From: an uncultured Alphaproteobacteria bacterium
GTDB taxonomy: Bacteria; Pseudomonadota; Alphaproteobacteria; Rhizobiales; Xanthobacteraceae
Assembly (NCBI GenBank): GCA_963790595.1
Contig: CAWBPE010000002.1
Location: forward strand, 46,857 to 110,856
Direction of reading: 5' to 3'
DNA length: 64,000 bases
In this document: in pieces, positions 46,907 to 56,575 of the stretch
Numbering within the stretch: position 1 is the first letter of the stretch
How the letters are laid out: each line of letters opens with the position of its first letter
The notes under the pieces: generated by a model
The model's input: the letters and a program-made list of their open reading frames with translations, nothing else
What the model was told of the DNA's origin: nothing
Databases searched by the model: none
Program-made: the position numbers and the translations under genes

Positions 46907-48181
46907 ATGTCCTCAGCCGTCTCCCCGCTCGCTCCGACCGACGTCCCCGAAATGCCCGCGATTGCAGGCGTGAAGCTTGCGACCGCGGCTGCGGGTATCC
47001 GCTACAAGGGCCGCACCGACGTGCTGCTTGCGGTGATGGATGAAGGGACCAGCGTCGCCGGCGTCTTCACCCGGTCGAAGTGCCCGTCTGCACCGGTGGA
47101 ATGGTGCCGCGCCAAACTCGGCGGCGGTAAATCACCCAAGGGCAAATCTGCCAAGGCAGGAACGGCCCGTGCGCTGGTGGTGAATTCCGGCAACGCCAAT
47201 GCCTTCACCGGCAAGACCGGACGTCAGTCCACGGCGCTGACCGCAACGATCGCCGCCAAGGCGCTCGGTTGCAGCCCCGCCGAAATATTTCTGGCCTCGA
47301 CCGGCGTGATCGGCGAACCGCTCGACGCCACCAAATTCGACGGCGTGCTCGGCACCCTGGCGGAGCAGGCCGTTCCAGGCGAGTGGATGAGCGCGGCCAA
47401 AGCGATCATGACCACCGACACATTTCCGAAAGTCGCTACCGCCACCGTGAAACTCGGCAAAGCCAAAGTCACGATCAACGGCATGGCCAAAGGCGCCGGC
47501 ATGATCGCGCCCGATATGGCCACGATGCTGGCCTTCGTGTTCACCGACGCGCCGATCGCGGCCGGGGCGCTGCAGGCACTGCTCAAAAATGGCGTCGAAG
47601 ACACGTTCAATGCCGTGACCATCGATGGCGACACCTCGACATCCGATACGCTATTGGCCTTCGCGACGGGTGCCGCGGCCGAACGCGGCGCGCCGAAAAT
47701 CAGCCGCGCCGGCGACCCCCGGCTGAAGGCCTTTACAAAAGCCTTCAATGCCGTGCTTGCCGACCTCGCCGAACAGGTGGCGCGCGACGGCGAAGGCGCG
47801 CGCAAGCTGGTCGAGATCATCGTCGAGGGCGCGACATCGAAAGCTTCGGCGCGCCGGATCGCGATGTCGATCGCGAATTCGCCGCTGGTGAAGACCGCGA
47901 TCGCCGGCGAGGACGCCAATTGGGGCCGCGTGGTGATGGCGGTCGGCAAGGCCGGCGAGCCCGCCGACCGCGACAAGCTTGCGATTTCGTTCAACGGCAT
48001 CCGCGTCGCCAGCCGTGGCGCGCGCGATCCGTCCTATGACGAGGCGGAGGTTTCGGCCGCAATGAAAAACCCGGAGATCCAGATCAAGGTCGCGCTCGGC
48101 CTCGGCAAGGGCCGCGACCGCGTGCTGACCTGCGACCTCACCAAGGAATATATCGCGATCAACGGCGACTACCGTTCGTGA
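46907..48181 (+). CDS. argJ: bifunctional ornithine acetyltransferase / N-acetylglutamate synthase
   Basis: [12 protein letters not shown], the autoprocessing site [14 protein letters not shown], and the C-terminal [17 protein letters not shown]. Confidence 0.93.
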   Translation: MSSAVSPLAPTDVPEMPAIAGVKLATAAAGIRYKGRTDVLLAVMDEGTSVAGVFTRSKCPSAPVEWCRAKLGGGKSPKGKSAKAGTARALVVNSGNANAFTGKTGRQSTALTATIAAKALGCSPAEIFLASTGVIGEPLDATKFDGVLGTLAEQAVPGEWMSAAKAIMTTDTFPKVATATVKLGKAKVTINGMAKGAGMIAPDMATMLAFVFTDAPIAAGALQALLKNGVEDTFNAVTIDGDTSTSDTLLAFATGAAAERGAPKISRAGDPRLKAFTKAFNAVLADLAEQVARDGEGARKLVEIIVEGATSKASARRIAMSIANSPLVKTAIAGEDANWGRVVMAVGKAGEPADRDKLAISFNGIRVASRGARDPSYDEAEVSAAMKNPEIQIKVALGLGKGRDRVLTCDLTKEYIAINGDYRS

Positions 48182-48204
48182 ACCACTCATCAGGTTAGCA
48201 GCGC

Positions 48205-48615
48205 ATGGCCGCCATCAAACTCACCCTCGTGGTCGCCTGCGCGCTGGTTGACGCTGACAACCGCATCCTGATCGCGCAGCGGCCGCCCGGCAAAGCACTG
48301 GCTGGCCTCTGGGAATTTCCCGGCGGCAAGCTCGAGCCGGGCGAGCGGCCGGAACAGACCCTGATCCGCGAATTGCAGGAAGAAATCGGCATCACCGTGA
48401 AGGAGGCCTGCCTCGCACCGCTGACCTTTGCGAGCCATGCTTACGATGATTTTCATCTCTTGATGCCGCTCTATATTTGCCGGCGCTGGGAAGGCAATGC
48501 GATCGCGCGCGAGGGCCAGACCCTGGCCTGGGTCCGCGCCAACAAACTGCGCGACTATCCGATGCCGCCGGCGGACATTCCGCTGATCCCGCATCTGATT
48601 GATTTGTTGATGTGA
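48205..48615 (+). CDS. mutT: Nudix hydrolase, MutT-like (8-oxo-dGTP diphosphatase)
   Basis: Nudix box GGKLEPGERPEQTLIRELQEEIG. Confidence 0.85.
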   Translation: MAAIKLTLVVACALVDADNRILIAQRPPGKALAGLWEFPGGKLEPGERPEQTLIRELQEEIGITVKEACLAPLTFASHAYDDFHLLMPLYICRRWEGNAIAREGQTLAWVRANKLRDYPMPPADIPLIPHLIDLLM

Positions 48616-48754
48616 GGAGACGTTCCCCGGATGCGGCGCAACGCGCCGCACTTGCGGCGTGGTGCGCTGCTGATCCGGGGTCCATGTTGGGGCCGAATGG
48701 ATCCCGGCTCTGCGGCGCACCGCAAAGCGGCGCTGCACCGCGTCCGGGGCACGA

Positions 48755-49606
48755 TCAATCCCGCTTCACACCCCTCACCGCCTCCGCCAATCCCACCTTC
48801 GCCGATCCCGGCCGCAGCGGCTTTTGCTGGCTTTCATGCGGCGCCCAGCCGGACAGCCAGATCACGTCAAACGTTGCGCGGATGCGTCCGTCCGCATCGG
48901 CAAAGCGTTCGCTGTAAATCTGCGCCATCCGCAGCAACGTACTCCGGCGGCTCGGCATCCGCCGCCGCTCGACCAACACATTGGTCGCGCCCATCCCGCG
49001 CAAATCCTGCATCAGCGCGAACGCGCTGTCGTAGCGCACGACGACGCGGTCGACGTCGGTGACCGGCAGCGCAAAGCCCGCGCGCTGCAGCAACGCGCCG
49101 ACATCGCGCAGATCAGCGAACGGCGCGACGCGCGGCGACACCCCGCCTTCGCATTCGGCTTCCGCCGCCGCAAAGGATTGCCGCAACTCATTCAGCGTAT
49201 CGCCGCCGATCATCGCCGCCAACAACAACCCGTCGGGCCGCAGCGCCCGGCGAATCTGCGCGAGAACGCCGGGCAGATCGTTGACGAACTGAAACGCCAG
49301 CGCGGAGATGACGAGATCGAGCGAATCCGGCTGGAACTCAAGAATTTCGTGTCCAGATGAATCCGGATGGACCTGCGCAATCGACTTGAAGCGATCGCGC
49401 AACGGCTGTCGCAGAAGTTCACCCGGCGACCAGACATCGGCCACGTCGGAAAAATCCCGCAGCACCGCGTGCAGGCGCTCGTCCATATCCTCGGCGACGC
49501 GGTCGAACAGAAAGGTTGCAGGCTCGATCCGCGACGCACGATCCTGCCGCGCGCGCAGCAACGCGCGGTCGAACAGGATGGGTGCGGTGGTCGGGTTTGG
49601 AGCCAT
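48755..49606 (-). CDS. class I SAM-dependent methyltransferase
   Basis: 283 aa. The methyltransferase type-11-like C-terminal half includes SLDLVISALAFQFVNDLPGVLAQIRRALRPDGLLL. The substrate is unknown. Confidence 0.7.
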   Translation of the reverse strand: MAPNPTTAPILFDRALLRARQDRASRIEPATFLFDRVAEDMDERLHAVLRDFSDVADVWSPGELLRQPLRDRFKSIAQVHPDSSGHEILEFQPDSLDLVISALAFQFVNDLPGVLAQIRRALRPDGLLLAAMIGGDTLNELRQSFAAAEAECEGGVSPRVAPFADLRDVGALLQRAGFALPVTDVDRVVVRYDSAFALMQDLRGMGATNVLVERRRMPSRRSTLLRMAQIYSERFADADGRIRATFDVIWLSGWAPHESQQKPLRPGSAKVGLAEAVRGVKRD

Positions 49607-49712
49607 GCGGATTGGTACGCCGGGTGGAGGGTCTCTGGCAATCTAGCCCGTTCCAGCATGCGTTCCGTGTTTGCGGTTGAGAGTTGGTAGAGCCGGCATT
49701 ACCCTCTCACCC

Positions 49713-50513
49713 ATGGACGCCGAGACCTCATCATCCCGTTCCATCGCCACGCATCTGCGCGGCGCGTTTCGCATCGCCCATGGCGCGTGGAAGCATACCG
49801 CGCGCCTCGCGCTCGACATTGCGCTGCCGACACTGTGCGTGGCCTGCCGCGAGCCCGTCGATGGCGACGGCGTCTGCGCAACATGTTGGGCCAAATTGTC
49901 GTTCATCGCGCCGCCATTTTGCCCGCGGCTTGGCATTCCCTTTGTCTACGATCCCGGCCCGGACATGCTGTCGATGGAAGCGATTGCCAATCCGCCGGCC
50001 TATACGCGCGCCCGCGCCGCGGTGCGCTATGACGACGTCGCGCGCACGCTGGTGCATGCATTGAAATACCAGGACCGCACCGATCTGGCGCCCGCGATGG
50101 GCCGCTGGATGGCGCGGGCCGGGCGCGAACTGTTGGCGGAGGCCGATATACTGGTTCCCGTGCCGCTGCACTGGAAGCGCGGCTGGAGCCGGCGGTATAA
50201 TCAGTCCGGCGCGCTGGCGCGGGTGATCGAGCGGCAGACCGGCGTCAAATTGAGTTCCGAGGCGCTGCGGCGCGTGCGGCCGACCCAGCAGCAGATCGGC
50301 CTGTCGCGAAAGGAGCGCGCCAGCAATGTGCAGGGCGCCTTCAAGGTCGCGGCCGACCGGCAATCCCTGATTCATGGCCGCCGCGTGGTCCTGATCGACG
50401 ATGTTCTGACGTCCGGGGCTACCGTCGACGCCTGCGCCCGGGCGCTGCTGCGCGCCAAGGCCGCCTCGGTCGACGTGCTGGTGTTCGCCCGGGTTGTGGA
50501 TACCCATAAATAA
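49713..50513 (+). CDS. ComF family protein (phosphoribosyltransferase fold with N-terminal double zinc ribbon)
   Basis: CVACREPVDGDGVCATCW is the zinc ribbon and VVLIDDVLTSGATV is the PRTase motif. The track ORF begins at 49671. Confidence 0.82.
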   Translation: MDAETSSSRSIATHLRGAFRIAHGAWKHTARLALDIALPTLCVACREPVDGDGVCATCWAKLSFIAPPFCPRLGIPFVYDPGPDMLSMEAIANPPAYTRARAAVRYDDVARTLVHALKYQDRTDLAPAMGRWMARAGRELLAEADILVPVPLHWKRGWSRRYNQSGALARVIERQTGVKLSSEALRRVRPTQQQIGLSRKERASNVQGAFKVAADRQSLIHGRRVVLIDDVLTSGATVDACARALLRAKAASVDVLVFARVVDTHK

Positions 50514-50551
50514 CCCATATAATCTGGCATTCTCAGGCAACAGAGCGTCCA

Positions 50552-50827
50552 ATGACCGCTGCGATCGAAATCTACACCCGTCCGGGCTGCGGCTATTGCA
50601 GCGCTGCCAAGTCGCTGCTGACGCGCAAGAACGCCGCGTTCACCGAATTCGACGTCGCGACCGACCCGACGCTACGGCAGCAGATGTGGGATCGCGCCGG
50701 CGCCGGCTCGACCTTCCCGCAAATTTTCATCGGCGGCACCCATGTCGGCGGCTGTGACGAGCTGTATGCGCTCGACCGCGGAGGCAAGCTCGATGCAATG
50801 CTGGCGGGCGAAAAGGCCACTTCATGA
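50552..50827 (+). CDS. grxC: glutaredoxin 3
   Basis: IEIYTRPGCGYCSAAKSLL is the CxxC site, followed by TFPQIFIGGTHVGGCDEL. Confidence 0.92.
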   Translation: MTAAIEIYTRPGCGYCSAAKSLLTRKNAAFTEFDVATDPTLRQQMWDRAGAGSTFPQIFIGGTHVGGCDELYALDRGGKLDAMLAGEKATS

Positions 50828-51702
50828 GCGATGATCTCTCCTTCACCGCCGCGATGGTGCAGATGCGCACCGGACTGTTGCCGGAAGCAAGCCTTGAGCA
50901 GGGCGTGAAGCTGATCCGCGAGGCGGCCGCCCAGGGCGCCGATTATGTGCAGACCCCCGAGGTCAGCAACATGATGCAGCTCAATCGCAAGGCGCTGTTC
51001 GAGCATCTCGCCGCCGAGGAAGACGATCTTTCGCTGAAGGCCTATCGCGCGCTGGCGGCTGAACTGAAAATCCATCTCCATATCGGCTCGCTGGCGCTGC
51101 GCGCCTCGCCGGAGCGGGCGGTCAACCGTTCGTTCCTGATCGGGCCCGATGGCTTGGTGATCGCGAGCTACGACAAGATCCACATGTTCGATATCGATTT
51201 GCCGGGCGGCGAAAGCTACCGCGAATCCGCCAATTATCAGCCGGGCGAAACCGCTGTGATTACCGACCTGCCCTGGGGCCGGATCGGGCTGACGATCTGC
51301 TATGACGTGCGCTTCCCGGCGCTGTACCGCGCGCTCGCCGAAAGCGGCGCGTCGTTCATCGCGGTGCCCTCGGCCTTCACCCGGAAAACCGGCGAAGCGC
51401 ATTGGCATACGCTGCTGCGCGCGCGCGCGATCGAAAACGGCTGCTTCATTTTCGCCGCCGCCCAGGCCGGCCTGCACGAGAACAAGCGCGAGACCTTTGG
51501 CCATTCGCTGATCATTGCGCCCTGGGGTGAAATCCTCGCCGAGGGCGGCGTCGAGCCCGGTGTTTTCCTGGCGAAGATCGATCCCTCAAAGGTCGAAACC
51601 GCGCGTAAAACCGTGCCGTCGCTGCAGCATGGACGGCGTTTTAGCGTCACGGATACCAAATCCGGTCCCGACCATCTGCATCTGGTTCGGGGATCGGCAT
51701 GA
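50824..51702 (+). CDS. carbon-nitrogen hydrolase (nitrilase superfamily, Nit-like)
   Basis: Catalytic Cys context GLTICYDVRFP, plus HMFD and AFTRKTGEAHWHTLLRARAIENGCF. Overlaps grxC by ATGA. Confidence 0.85.
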   Translation: MSDDLSFTAAMVQMRTGLLPEASLEQGVKLIREAAAQGADYVQTPEVSNMMQLNRKALFEHLAAEEDDLSLKAYRALAAELKIHLHIGSLALRASPERAVNRSFLIGPDGLVIASYDKIHMFDIDLPGGESYRESANYQPGETAVITDLPWGRIGLTICYDVRFPALYRALAESGASFIAVPSAFTRKTGEAHWHTLLRARAIENGCFIFAAAQAGLHENKRETFGHSLIIAPWGEILAEGGVEPGVFLAKIDPSKVETARKTVPSLQHGRRFSVTDTKSGPDHLHLVRGSA

Positions 51703-52175
51703 TCCGGTACAATCTGCGCTGCGAGCGCGACCACGCGTTCGAAAGCTGGTTTCAAAGCTCGTCCGCCTACGAAACCCAGGAAAAACGCAAGCTGGTGAAT
51801 TGCCCTGTGTGTGGCTCGGCGAAGGTCGAGCGCGCCATCATGGCCCCGCAGATCGTGAGCAAGAAGGGCCGTGACGTTCCGGTTCAGGCGCCTGTTGCGG
51901 CCGCTGCCACCGAGGTTACATCGCCCGCATCGACACCGCTGATGATGGCGCAGGAGCGTGAGCTGCGCGCCAAGCTCAAGGAATTGCGCGATCATATCGT
52001 CAAGAACGCCGACAATGTCGGCGAGCGCTTCCCGAACGAAGCCCGCAAGATGCATTACGGCGATATCGAACACCGCCCGATCTACGGCGAGGCCTCGCCG
52101 GAAGAAGCCCGCTCCCTGATCGACGAAGGCGTCGAAGTGTCGCCGCTGCCGGTATTGCCCGACGATCGGAATTGA
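51699..52175 (+). CDS. DUF1178 family protein (N-terminal zinc-ribbon-like)
   Basis: MIRYNLRCERDHAFESWFQSSSAYETQEKRKLVNCPVCGS. Overlaps the upstream gene by ATGA. The family name is from memory. Confidence 0.7.
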   Translation: MIRYNLRCERDHAFESWFQSSSAYETQEKRKLVNCPVCGSAKVERAIMAPQIVSKKGRDVPVQAPVAAAATEVTSPASTPLMMAQERELRAKLKELRDHIVKNADNVGERFPNEARKMHYGDIEHRPIYGEASPEEARSLIDEGVEVSPLPVLPDDRN

Positions 52176-52191
52176 CGCTTTGCGCGATTCC

Positions 52192-52279
52192 GTAGGGTGG
52201 GCAAAGCGAAGCGTGCCCACCGCAATGTCCGGATAGGAAAATGATGGGCACGGCGCAAGCGCGCCTTTGCCCACCCTAC
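52192..52279. repeat. Family E palindromic repeat
   Basis: GTAGGGTGGGCAAAGCGAAGCGTGCCCACC...GGGCACGGCGCAAGCGCGCCTTTGCCCACCCTAC. Confidence 0.85.
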
Positions 52280-52289
52280 AAGTTTCGAG

Positions 52290-53189
52290 TTACGCCGCCA
52301 CCAATAGCGCCACACCAATGACGATCAACGCAATGCCCGCAACCTCGCGCGCCGACAGCGGCTGCTTGAAGGAATAATACGCGATCCCCTGCGCGAACAG
52401 CACCTCGACCAGCGCCAGCGTGCGCACATTGGCCGCGGCGGTCAGCGCGAAGGCCAGGAACCAGAATTGCGAGGCGAATGCGCCCATGAAGCCGGCGAGC
52501 ATCGAAGGCCGCCACAGTCCGAATATCGCCTTGAGGATGCCGGGCGCGCGCACCAGCAGATAAATTGTCAGGATCAACGTCTGCACGAACAGCCCGAACA
52601 CCAGCGTGTAGGTCGCTGACGTCACGAACGACACGCCAGACAGCGTGAGGATCGCGCCGCGAAATCCGATCGCCGACAGCGCGAATGTTGCGGCGGCGAC
52701 AAGGCCCAGGATGGTCGGCTTGATATCCGTGAAGTTTTTCTCGCCGCCCGGCCGCACCGCGGTGACGATCACACCAAAGGTCGCGATCAAGATCGCGATT
52801 ACCTTCAACGCCGTGAGATGATCGCCGAGGAAAACAAAGCCGAAGATCGCAGTCTGGATCGCCTCGGTCTTCAGATAGGCCGTGGTCACCACGAACGAAT
52901 GATCGTTCATCGCCAGCAGCATCAATCCGGTCGCTATGATCTGACAGAGAGCGCCGAGCGCCAGCCACGGCCAGAATGCTGGCGTGGGCCACGGCAGGGG
53001 ATCGCCGGTCGCAATCAACACGCCCACAAAGAATACGATCGAGAACGGAAAACCAAACAGGAAGCGGATATTGGTGGCGCCCCAGGTCCCGAGCGGCCCC
53101 GTCAATTGCCGCTGCATCGCATTGCGCGTCGCCTGCCCCAGCGCGGCAACGATGGTGAAGGGAATCCAGAGTGAGACGGTGGTGAACAT
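52290..53189 (-). CDS. DMT superfamily (EamA-like) transporter
   Basis: 299 aa and about 10 TM helices. It is preferred over the overlapping 52276-53226 ORF, which is Arg/Gly-rich and non-membrane-like. Confidence 0.8.
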   Translation of the reverse strand: MFTTVSLWIPFTIVAALGQATRNAMQRQLTGPLGTWGATNIRFLFGFPFSIVFFVGVLIATGDPLPWPTPAFWPWLALGALCQIIATGLMLLAMNDHSFVVTTAYLKTEAIQTAIFGFVFLGDHLTALKVIAILIATFGVIVTAVRPGGEKNFTDIKPTILGLVAAATFALSAIGFRGAILTLSGVSFVTSATYTLVFGLFVQTLILTIYLLVRAPGILKAIFGLWRPSMLAGFMGAFASQFWFLAFALTAAANVRTLALVEVLFAQGIAYYSFKQPLSAREVAGIALIVIGVALLVAA

Positions 53190-53283
53190 CGGGAGATTCA
53201 GTTGGCGGGCTAGGAAACGCGGCCACCGTGAAGCGCGCGGCTTGTCAGGTCAACCGCCGGAATTGCATGCCGCGTCACCCTCT

Positions 53284-53433
53284 ATCGTCGTCCCTGCGAA
53301 CGCAGGGACCCATAACCACCGGCGGCAGTGATGAAGGAAGGTGTTTGACATCGCGTCTGAATCGAAAAGCCGCGGCGGCGCGATGAGCGCAAGCGCTCAC
53401 GCGGGGGTCCCTGCGTTCGCAGGGACGACGAGG
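53284..53433. repeat. Family A MITE-like element (about 150 bp)
   Basis: ATCGTCGTCCCTGCGAACGCAGGGACCCATAACC ... GCGCGATGAGCGCAAGCGCTCACGC ... GGGGTCCCTGCGTTCGCAGGGACGACGAGG. Confidence 0.88.
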
Positions 53434-53445
53434 TTTTGCGAAAGC

Positions 53446-54216
53446 TCACGCCCCCTCCGCGACCACCATGTAGTTCACGTCCATGTCGGACGAGATGCTC
53501 CATTTGTCGGCGAACGGGCTGTAGACCACGCCGGCCTGTTCAGTGATGGCGAGCTTGTTGTCTTCCAGATGATGCGCGAGTTCGTCGGGGGTGACGAATT
53601 TGTCCCATTGATGGGTGCCCCGCGGCAGCCAGCGCAGGACATATTCGGCGCCGACGATCGCGAGCGCAAAGCTCTTCCAGTTGCGGTTCAGTGTCGAGAT
53701 CACCATCAGCCCGCCGGGCTTGAGCATCGCCGCGCAGCGATTGAGGAACACGCCGACATCGCTGACATGTTCGATCACTTCCATCGCCAGCACGATGTCG
53801 AAGCGCTCGCGCACGTCCATCTCCTCGACCGTGGTGCAGCGATAATCGATCGACAGATGGCCCTTGTCGGCATGCAGCCGGGCCGCCGCGATATTGCTGG
53901 GGGACGGATCGACGCCGATCACCTGGGCGCCGAGCCGCGTAAAAGGCTCGCACAACAGGCCGGCGCCGCAGCCGATATCGAGGATGCGAAGGCCGGACAG
54001 GCAATTGAGGCTTTTGAGGTTGCGCTCGAACTTGCGGCAGGCGGCGTCGCGAATATAGGTCAGCCGCAGCGGATTGATCTTGTGCAGTGGCGCCATCTTG
54101 CCGTTCGGATCCCACCAGGTCTCCGACAGCTTGGAAAACTTTGCGATCTCGGCGGGATCGACCGTCGAAGCCGAAGCGGCGGAGAAATTGGCGGGAGAAT
54201 CTTGCTGCATTGTCAT
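53446..54216 (-). CDS. ubiG: bifunctional 3-demethylubiquinol 3-O-methyltransferase / 2-polyprenyl-6-hydroxyphenol methylase
   Basis: FSKLSETWWDPNGKMAPLHKINPLRL, the SAM motif ILDIGCGAGLLCE, and MEVIEHV. Confidence 0.92.
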   Translation of the reverse strand: MTMQQDSPANFSAASASTVDPAEIAKFSKLSETWWDPNGKMAPLHKINPLRLTYIRDAACRKFERNLKSLNCLSGLRILDIGCGAGLLCEPFTRLGAQVIGVDPSPSNIAAARLHADKGHLSIDYRCTTVEEMDVRERFDIVLAMEVIEHVSDVGVFLNRCAAMLKPGGLMVISTLNRNWKSFALAIVGAEYVLRWLPRGTHQWDKFVTPDELAHHLEDNKLAITEQAGVVYSPFADKWSISSDMDVNYMVVAEGA

Positions 54217-54231
54217 GGGTGCGCGCCGCTC

Positions 54232-54699
54232 CTATCGCGCGGTGATGAAGTTGCGGAATTCCAGCGGCGAAGCGATGGTCGTGATGGTTTCCTTGCCCTC
54301 GCCGACGCCCAGAATTGTCACGTTGCCGTAATTGAGGAGGCGGCCGAGGATGCTCTGGTTGACGTCAACGCTCTCGACCTTGTCAAGGCTCATCTCGAAG
54401 GTGCGCCGCTTGATGAAGCCGGTCTTGTGCACGACCCGCAGATTGGTGACATCGGTCTCGGTGGTCCAGCGATGGAACCAGGCGGTCATCATCTTGTACA
54501 GCGCGATGACTGCCGCGACGGCGGCCACTGCTAGACAGAACTCCACCGGCGTGCCGGCGTCGACCCGGCCCGACAGAACAAGAAACACAGCTGCCGCGAC
54601 CCACGCCAGGATCGCCGGCCAATAGAATATCCAGTGCGCGTTGGTCGAATACAGCACCTTCTCGCCGGGCTGCAGGATATCGTCGATATAACGCCCCAT
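54232..54699 (-). CDS. bacterial PH-domain (bPH_2 / YdbS-like) membrane protein
   Basis: From the Met at 54699: MGRYIDDILQPGEKVLYSTNAHWIFYWPAILAWVAAAVFLVL..., two TM helices and then a PH-like domain. Confidence 0.72.
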   Translation of the reverse strand: MGRYIDDILQPGEKVLYSTNAHWIFYWPAILAWVAAAVFLVLSGRVDAGTPVEFCLAVAAVAAVIALYKMMTAWFHRWTTETDVTNLRVVHKTGFIKRRTFEMSLDKVESVDVNQSILGRLLNYGNVTILGVGEGKETITTIASPLEFRNFITAR

Positions 54700-54874
54700 A
54701 CATTCCGCCTTAATTAGCCCAACACGGGTGGCCTGGACCCTCAAGGGAGTGGCCTGAACCGGGTTGCTTGCCCCCAACCGCGCCGCTATGTATACGCGCC
54801 TTTTGGCCCGTGCGCTCCCGGTTTTGCACGCGGGTACCATTTACCTATCCTCGCAAAGGAATGCACCTGTCGTC

Positions 54875-56131
54875 ATGGGCCGCCTCGTGATGAAATTCGG
54901 CGGCACCTCCGTCGCCAATATCGACCGCATCCGCAACGTCGCGCGCCATGTGAAGCGCGAGGTCGATGCCGGTCATGACGTCGCCGTCGTGGTTTCCGCG
55001 ATGGCCGGCAAAACCAATGAACTGGTGGAATGGTGCCGCGACGCCTCCCCGATGCACGATGCGCGCGAATATGACGCGGTGGTGGCTTCAGGCGAACAGG
55101 TCACCGCGGGGCTGCTGGCGATTGCGCTGCAGGCGATCGGCATCCAGGCGCGCTCCTGGCAGGGCTGGCAGCTTCCGATCAAGACCAGCGACGCCCATGC
55201 CTCGGCGCGGATTCTCGATATCGACGGCGCCGAGTTGATCAACCGCTTCAAGGACCGAAAGGAAGTCGCCGTGATCGCGGGCTTCCAGGGTATCAATCCG
55301 CAGACCGGACGAATCACTACGCTCGGGCGCGGCGGTTCCGATACCTCGGCGGTGGCGATGGCGGCCGCGATTCATGCCGACCGCTGCGACATTTATACCG
55401 ACGTCGATGGCGTCTATACTACTGACCCGCGTGTGGTTCCCAAGGCGCGCCGGCTCGACCGCATCGCCTTCGAGGACATGCTGGAACTGGCCTCTCAAGG
55501 CGCCAAGGTTCTGCAGGTCCGTTCGGTGGAACTCGGCATGGTGCACAACATGCCGATCTTCGTCCGTTCCAGTTTCGACAAGCCCGAGGATATCGACCCG
55601 CACGCCAACCAGCCGCCGGGCACGCTGATTTGCAGCGAGGAGGAAATCATGGAAAGCCACGTCGTTACCGGCATCGCCTTTTCCAAGGACGAAGCCCAGA
55701 TTTCCGTCCGCCAGATCTCGGACAAGCCGGGCGTCGCCGCCTCGATCTTCGGCCCGCTGGCGGAAGCCAATATCAATGTCGACATGATCGTGCAGAACGT
55801 CTCCGAAGACGGCGCGACCACCGACCTCACCTTCACCGTTCCGGCCTCGGACTATACCCGCGCCCGCGATACCATCACGGCGGCGAAGGCCACGATCGGC
55901 TACAAGCGGCTGGACAGCGCCACTGACGTGGCAAAAGTCTCGGTGATCGGCAGCGGCATGCGCAGCCATGCCGGCGTCGCCGCCAAGGCATTTTCCGCTT
56001 TGGCCGCGCGCAATATCAACATCCGCGCGATCACCACCTCCGAGATCAAGTTTTCGGTACTGATCGACACCGCCTATACCGAACTCGCGGTGCGCACCCT
56101 GCACACCCTCTATGGGCTGGATCAGGCCTAG
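54875..56131 (+). CDS. lysC: aspartate kinase
   Basis: MGRLVMKFGGTSVANIDRI..., VVVSAMAGKTNELV, and two C-terminal ACT domains. Confidence 0.95.
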   Translation: MGRLVMKFGGTSVANIDRIRNVARHVKREVDAGHDVAVVVSAMAGKTNELVEWCRDASPMHDAREYDAVVASGEQVTAGLLAIALQAIGIQARSWQGWQLPIKTSDAHASARILDIDGAELINRFKDRKEVAVIAGFQGINPQTGRITTLGRGGSDTSAVAMAAAIHADRCDIYTDVDGVYTTDPRVVPKARRLDRIAFEDMLELASQGAKVLQVRSVELGMVHNMPIFVRSSFDKPEDIDPHANQPPGTLICSEEEIMESHVVTGIAFSKDEAQISVRQISDKPGVAASIFGPLAEANINVDMIVQNVSEDGATTDLTFTVPASDYTRARDTITAAKATIGYKRLDSATDVAKVSVIGSGMRSHAGVAAKAFSALAARNINIRAITTSEIKFSVLIDTAYTELAVRTLHTLYGLDQA

Positions 56132-56165
56132 AGCCTTATCGGTCCTGATCGAATCAGGACCAGGA
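56128..56165. repeat. hairpin repeat overlapping the lysC stop
   Basis: CTAGAGCCTTATCGGTCCTGATCGAATCAGGACCAGGA. It is related to 46756-46798, and the stem GGTCCTGAT with ATCAGGACC may act as a terminator-like hairpin. Confidence 0.65.
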
Positions 56166-56575
56166 CGCTCATCCCACGGTTGCGTCTGCCCATACCAACC
56201 GCCACCCGGCCCATGCCAAGGGGCGGATTGGATTCCCCCGAAAACGCTCGCAAAGAATTTTGCTCCAAAAACATTCTGTTTTGCGCATGATCTGATCGCC
56301 AAACCATCAGCGCTTTGGCGGATACTGCGCTTAGCAGTCGCAGCATGGGATGGCGGGCGCGTGGCAGGCGTTTTGCTTGGCAAAACAAGCCTCAATTCGC
56401 TATACGGCCTGATGGGTGAGATGCCGCAAACTGTGCCACAGTTTTGGCAATCCCGATTCGGCCGATATCCAAGGCTTGCGGCGGCGCCGAATGAATAAAA
56501 TTGTTGTTTTTTGTGAGCTTAACGCCAGTTACCGGCCACCCGGTGCGCTGGCCTCGCGGGGGAGGATTTTGACAC

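Noticed and set aside
52276-53226. 316-aa ORF overlapping the DMT transporter gene on the same strand in another frame
   Set aside because: The 52290-53189 frame gives a coherent 10-TM EamA-like protein. The alternative frame is Arg/Asp/Gly-rich with no hydrophobic segments.
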